Positions 13,781-17,234 of a stretch of 17,234 nucleotides of DNA are shown here, in pieces. The DNA is from a virus (Duplodnaviria; Heunggongvirae; Uroviricota; Caudoviricetes): positions 1-17,234 of the IMG/VR virus record IMGVR_UViG_2778261690_000005; one strand, 5' to 3'. The translations under genes and the position numbers were made by a program. Position 1 is the first letter of the stretch. Each line of letters starts with the position of its first letter. Under the pieces are notes generated by a model that saw nothing but the letters and a program-made list of their open reading frames with translations, was not told where the DNA came from and did no database searches.

Positions 13781-14246
13781 AATTGCCAATGAATACGCAA
13801 AGCTGATGGATTCAGATTTAGAACCAGAGATGATTGCTGACACAATAGAAGGCATGGAAGGAGAATTTACCGATAAAATAGAGCAACTTCTTGCCATTAT
13901 TAAAAATGAATCTGGTTATGCTGAATGCCTCAAGGAAGAGGCAAAGTCACTAAATGAACGAGCCGCAGTAATTCAAAATAAGATTGACAACATTATGGCG
14001 TATATAGCGTCATCGCTTGAAATGGTTGGCAAGAAAAAGATTCGAGCAGGTATTCACCAGGTAACAATCCGCAAACCGTCAGAAACTGTAGAAATCATCG
14101 ACTCAAGCGCCATTCCTCCTGAATACGTTGAGTTTGAAACGACAATTAAAGCCGACAAGTTGGCAATCAAACACCAACTAAAAGCAGGAATAAATATCCC
14201 CGGCGCTCAACTCAAAGTTGGGAAACCTTCACTTCTTATCAAATAA
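13764..14246 (+). CDS. Gp157-like (Sipho_Gp157 family) protein associated with the recombinase
   Basis: About 160 aa, coiled-coil rich, N-terminus MSKLYEIANEYAKLM. GTG start with GGAGG RBS overlaps the recT 3' end. Family assignment is from memory. Confidence 0.55.
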   Translation: MSKLYEIANEYAKLMDSDLEPEMIADTIEGMEGEFTDKIEQLLAIIKNESGYAECLKEEAKSLNERAAVIQNKIDNIMAYIASSLEMVGKKKIRAGIHQVTIRKPSETVEIIDSSAIPPEYVEFETTIKADKLAIKHQLKAGINIPGAQLKVGKPSLLIK

Positions 14247-14257
14247 CGGTATCGCCT

Positions 14258-14572
14258 ATGAAAAAGACTCCATGGGAGAAATGGGAAGTCGATTTCTTAC
14301 GCGAAGTAGCGGCGACAATGCCAGTTGAAGTTATCGCTGAAAAACTGGAAAGGACTGAAAAAGCAGTAATGGCGAAAGCAACAAGGATTGGCGCTGACAT
14401 TGTTAGCCGACTTCGTGGAAGACGATGGACAAGAGCCGAAGTATCACTTTTCGGTAAGTTCTCCGCAGAAGAAATAGCAATTGCAACCTGCCGCTCAATT
14501 TATTCAGTAAGAGCTATGCGATACAAGCTAAAAAAACTCGATGAAGAAAGAGCAGGCATACGAATAAATTAA
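14258..14572 (+). CDS. Hypothetical protein with an internal tandem repeat (possible helix-turn-helix DNA binding)
   Basis: 104 aa. Two related ~45-aa halves (PWEKWEVDFLREV...VEVIAEKLERTEKAVMAKATRIG and RWTRAEVSLFGKF...AEEIAIATCRSIYSVRAMRYKL). Confidence 0.55.
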   Translation: MKKTPWEKWEVDFLREVAATMPVEVIAEKLERTEKAVMAKATRIGADIVSRLRGRRWTRAEVSLFGKFSAEEIAIATCRSIYSVRAMRYKLKKLDEERAGIRIN

Positions 14573-14588
14573 CATGGAGTAATTAACA

Positions 14589-14870
14589 ATGAAGCTAAAC
14601 ATAGACCTAGGCAAATATGTTATTACCGGAACAAAACACGATCTGATTCTTAGCGAAAGAGGAATTCTCAAAGAAGGCGAGAATGCAGGGAAAGAAACAC
14701 TAAGCCGTATCGGTTATTACAGCAAGTTTGAGCATCTGGTTAAAGAATTATGCAACCGTGAAATCCTGTTATCTCAGGCGCAGACACTACAGGATATTCA
14801 GCAACATATCGAGACTTTAGGTGTGTCACTTAGCATGGCTATTGACCAGTTAGTGGAGAGTAAATCATGA
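14589..14870 (+). CDS. Hypothetical protein (93 aa)
   Basis: ATG with GGAG RBS, co-directional with its neighbours; stop overlaps the next start (ATGA). Confidence 0.55.
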   Translation: MKLNIDLGKYVITGTKHDLILSERGILKEGENAGKETLSRIGYYSKFEHLVKELCNREILLSQAQTLQDIQQHIETLGVSLSMAIDQLVESKS

Positions 14871-15034
14871 GAGGACTTGCATACAATCCCGGCATTCTTC
14901 CGGCAGAAATGATTATTCGCCAACGCGTAAAGCCAATGCCATCGAGAGAGGAATTGCTTAAGAGAAATTCTTTTCCATCAGTGAATCAAAACAAATATCT
15001 GAATGCGATGTGGCGCAAAGGAGGCAACCAGTGA
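14867..15034 (+). CDS. Hypothetical small protein (55 aa)
   Basis: ATG with GGAGAG RBS (7-nt spacer); start and stop both overlap neighbouring genes (ATGA, GTGA). Below the six-frame cutoff. Confidence 0.4.
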   Translation: MRGLAYNPGILPAEMIIRQRVKPMPSREELLKRNSFPSVNQNKYLNAMWRKGGNQ

Positions 15035-15300
15035 GTGAGTCAAAATGCCAAATTAATGGCAATAAGATAGAACCGTGCGCGGTGTTGGCAAAATCTCTCG
15101 AATATGGAAATCCAACATTCAAGAGTAAAGGCATATTTATCCCGGAGCGTGTGAACATAAACACCGGCGAGTCAGGCATAGATATTGCTCAAATTCACTC
15201 GGGGAAATATATCGGTCGTGGCGTTGCAATGTGCTTTTGCCCGTTCTGTGGTGAAAGTTTGAAAACGTGGGAAGCGGAGGCAGCCAGTGAGCAAAATTGA
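15031..15300 (+). CDS. Hypothetical Cys-containing protein (89 aa, possible zinc ribbon)
   Basis: GTG at 15031 preceded by AAGGAGG (6-nt spacer). Cys pairs C6/C16 and [10 protein letters not shown] near the C-terminus. The six-frame ORF from 15010 is the same frame with an earlier GTG. Confidence 0.5.
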   Translation: MSESKCQINGNKIEPCAVLAKSLEYGNPTFKSKGIFIPERVNINTGESGIDIAQIHSGKYIGRGVAMCFCPFCGESLKTWEAEAASEQN

Positions 15301-15781
15301 CCATCAGGCACTGCGTGAGGTGGCGGAACGTGCAATTCCAGCAATGGAACGCCTGTTAATGTTGCCAGCTGATGATGATTTGTTAAGTGAACAGGAACTT
15401 AAAGATTACGGTGTGGATATTGATGCGCTCAACGCCTTCAAATTTCTGACCGGACCAGAAACCGTGCTGGCACTACTTGATGAACGGGAAGCAGACAAAA
15501 AGCGCATTGCAGAACTGGAAGCTCGGGAAATAAAACCAGCCAAAGGTGAAGTTCTTGTCGTTGTTTCTGGTTTTACTGGTTGCGGAAAAAGCGCCATTGC
15601 CGGGGAAATAGAAATCGCGATGAAGGCTATTGGTGTACCGGTTCAGTGGACTAATGGCGATGCGGAAAAGCGCATGACAGGAGCTGACTGGCTGACAGCG
15701 ATTGAGATGTACAAACCAACAGTGCGCATCATGGAAGTTAATGTGCCACGCGCCGCTGGCATTCGCATCAAAGGAGAGTGA
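15287..15781 (+). CDS. Hypothetical protein (164 aa), possibly Ead/Ea22-like
   Basis: GTG start with GGAGG RBS. N-terminus [19 protein letters not shown]; central coiled-coil. Family assignment is from memory and weak. Confidence 0.5.
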   Translation: MSKIDHQALREVAERAIPAMERLLMLPADDDLLSEQELKDYGVDIDALNAFKFLTGPETVLALLDEREADKKRIAELEAREIKPAKGEVLVVVSGFTGCGKSAIAGEIEIAMKAIGVPVQWTNGDAEKRMTGADWLTAIEMYKPTVRIMEVNVPRAAGIRIKGE

Positions 15782-15782
15782 T

Positions 15783-15992
15783 ATGGCTATCGCTGCAAGT
15801 TACACCATGCATCTCTATTGTGATTTCCTCCAGTGTACAGATGGCAAATATAAGTCGCCAGACTTCGGTGAGTATATAGGTACGTCATGGGCTGGCTGTG
15901 CAAAAAAGGAGCGCAAGGATGGCTGGCGAATAAGCAAAGACAAAACGCGTGCTTTTGCGCCCGGGCATAAAGTTTTGAGGATTAACAAATGA
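15783..15992 (+). CDS. Hypothetical small Cys-rich protein (69 aa)
   Basis: ATG preceded by AAGGAGAG; sequence MAIAASYTMHLYCDFLQCTDGKYKSPDFGEYIGTSWAGC.... The six-frame ORF from 15702 is an upstream extension overlapping the previous gene. Confidence 0.5.
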   Translation: MAIAASYTMHLYCDFLQCTDGKYKSPDFGEYIGTSWAGCAKKERKDGWRISKDKTRAFAPGHKVLRINK

Positions 15993-16708
15993 CCACTATA
16001 ACCAAAGAGCGACTGCTGACAATCAAGCAGTGGCGCGAAACATACGGACCGGGTAGCAACGTTGTACTGCCAGCAGAAGAAGCGGAAGAACTGGCGCGGA
16101 TTGCACTGACATCGCTGGAAGCAGAGCCGGTGGCTTATATTTTCAAACATCCGGCCGGGAAATTATTCTGGGCTTTAACGGATGAAAGCAATAAAGAGCA
16201 AGCGGACGTTATTCCTGTTTATGCTGCCGCGCCTGCGTCGGTTGTGCCGGATAATGCATCAGAGCCTCTTGCTTATGCTTACAAAGAGCTTACGCCTGAG
16301 ATTATGCGCAACCATTTAGCTGTATTCGAGCGATATGGAATAGCCCCAAACGATAGCTCTACCACAATTCAGGCACTGCGAATCGCGCTGGATGGTATAG
16401 AGCGGAGCGACGCCATGCTTCATGGTGCCGAACCTGTAAGCCAAACTTACAAGTTGAACGAGCTGTCGGGCAACTCTCCGGTAACTCCGGATGGTTGGAT
16501 AAGCTGTAGTGAGCAGATGCCGGAAGACACCAAAATGTTACTGGCATTTAGTCAAGGTGAAATCGTGGCCGCATATTGGAACTGGGTTGTAAATCCAATT
16601 GATTACAAAAAATATAGAGCTTTCACGTATTTATCAGGATATATCTTGGATGACGTAACCCACTGGATGCCTCTACCAGAACCGCCGCAGGAGGTTAACC
16701 GTGGCTAA
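15989..16708 (+). CDS. Hypothetical protein with a DUF551-like C-terminus
   Basis: 239 aa. C-terminal WMPLPEPP motif is typical of DUF551 phage proteins as recalled; ATGA overlap with the upstream gene. Confidence 0.6.
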   Translation: MTTITKERLLTIKQWRETYGPGSNVVLPAEEAEELARIALTSLEAEPVAYIFKHPAGKLFWALTDESNKEQADVIPVYAAAPASVVPDNASEPLAYAYKELTPEIMRNHLAVFERYGIAPNDSSTTIQALRIALDGIERSDAMLHGAEPVSQTYKLNELSGNSPVTPDGWISCSEQMPEDTKMLLAFSQGEIVAAYWNWVVNPIDYKKYRAFTYLSGYILDDVTHWMPLPEPPQEVNRG

Positions 16709-16740
16709 CCTGCAACTTGTCGTCAAAGGTGAATAACAAT

Positions 16741-16768
16741 CCTCGCACTCGCGGGGATTTCTTTTATC
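16741..16768 (+). terminator. Possible weak terminator after the DUF551 gene
   Basis: CCTCGC-ACTC-GCGGGG stem (one G-U pair) followed by ATTTCTTTTATC. Confidence 0.35.
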
Positions 16769-16808
16769 TGAACTCGCTACTGCGGGTTTTGTTTTATGGA
16801 GATGATAA

Positions 16809-16976
16809 ATGCACTTCCGAGTCACAGGTGAATGGAATGGAGAACCATTCAACAGAGTTATCGAAGCAGAGAACATCAACGACTGCTATGACCACTGGAT
16901 GATATGGGCGCAGATAGCACATGCAGACGTAACCAATATTCGAATTGAAGAACTGAAAGAACACCAAGCCGCCTGA
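16809..16976 (+). CDS. Hypothetical small protein (55 aa)
   Basis: ATG with GGAG RBS (7-nt spacer), reads MHFRVTGEWNGEPFNRVIEAENINDCYDHWMIWAQIAHADVTNIRIEELKEHQAA; stop lies inside a strong terminator. The opposite-strand ORF 16794-17042 is rejected. Confidence 0.45.
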   Translation: MHFRVTGEWNGEPFNRVIEAENINDCYDHWMIWAQIAHADVTNIRIEELKEHQAA

Positions 16977-16990
16977 TGGCGGTTTTTTCT
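16964..16990 (+). terminator. Intrinsic terminator
   Basis: GCCGCC-TGAT-GGCGG followed by TTTTTTCTT. Confidence 0.6.
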
Positions 16991-17033
16991 TGCCTGATTT
17001 GCAGGTTCGATTCCCTATTCGGAGATAGCACTC

Positions 17034-17234
17034 ATGCAACACGAACTACAACCTGATTCACTGGTTGATTTGAAATTCATCATGGCCGATACTGGCTTCG
17101 GTAAAACCTTCATCTATGACCGGATTAAGTCCGGCGACCTGCCAAAAGCCAAAGTTATCCACGGGCGAGCAAGATGGTTATATCGTGACCATTGTGAATT
17201 CAAAAATAAGCTCTTAAGCCGCGCCAATGGGTAA
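17034..17234 (+). CDS. AlpA/Xis-family DNA-binding protein (excisionase-like)
   Basis: 66 aa including stop at the window edge. Motif LKFIMADTGFGKTFIYDRIKSGDLPKAKVIHGRARWLYRD is typical of the AlpA/Vis-type excisionase family; an integrase is expected just beyond the window. Confidence 0.7.
   Translation: MQHELQPDSLVDLKFIMADTGFGKTFIYDRIKSGDLPKAKVIHGRARWLYRDHCEFKNKLLSRANG

Larger units (their letters stand above)
1..17234. mobile_element. Lambdoid prophage segment (lysis, late regulation, nin, replication, immunity, N operon, recombination, xis); both ends continue beyond the window
   Basis: Gene order and orientation match the lambda early region: divergent cI/cro, cII, replication genes, nin, Q, S-R-Rz on one strand and N, cIII, recombination genes, xis on the other. 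Several proteins are near-identical to lambda R, S, NinB/G/H/I as recalled. Confidence 0.9.

Noticed and set aside
13553-17042. Minus-strand ORFs antisense to recT and the small-gene cluster (13553-13897, 14958-15179, 15406-15597, 15815-16150, 16359-16547, 16673-16879, 16794-17042)
   Set aside because: All overlap co-directional plus-strand genes that have RBSs and coupled start/stop codons; none has an RBS or recognisable motif.

Overview
This window reads as the early/regulatory half of a lambdoid prophage, annotated by manual six-frame reading and recall of phage lambda proteins; no database search or folding was run. Coordinates 1-8917 are transcribed on the minus strand (the pR/late direction): an HNH endonuclease, a Rha-family regulator, a lambda-type lysis cassette (S, R, Rz with embedded Rz1), two tRNA genes between Q and S, a Q82/QuuD-type antiterminator, a lambda-like nin region (ninI, H, G, E, D, B; ninC absent; ninF interrupted by a stop), a DnaB-like helicase, an O-like initiator with internal iterons, cII and cro. 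The plus strand from 9327 carries cI, a small membrane protein at the rex position, OL/pL, nutL, N, two terminators, cIII, a kil-like ORF, a RecT/Gp157 recombination module, a run of small uncharacterised genes and an AlpA/Xis-like gene at the window edge. The most interesting unexplained elements are the 3-TM protein co-located with cI, the long GC-rich structured N leader, the unrecognised 207-aa gene right after N, a 26-aa hydrophobic ORF wedged between helicase and ninB, and the small-gene cluster at 14258-16976. Promoter, operator and terminator calls are pattern-based and not experimentally anchored.
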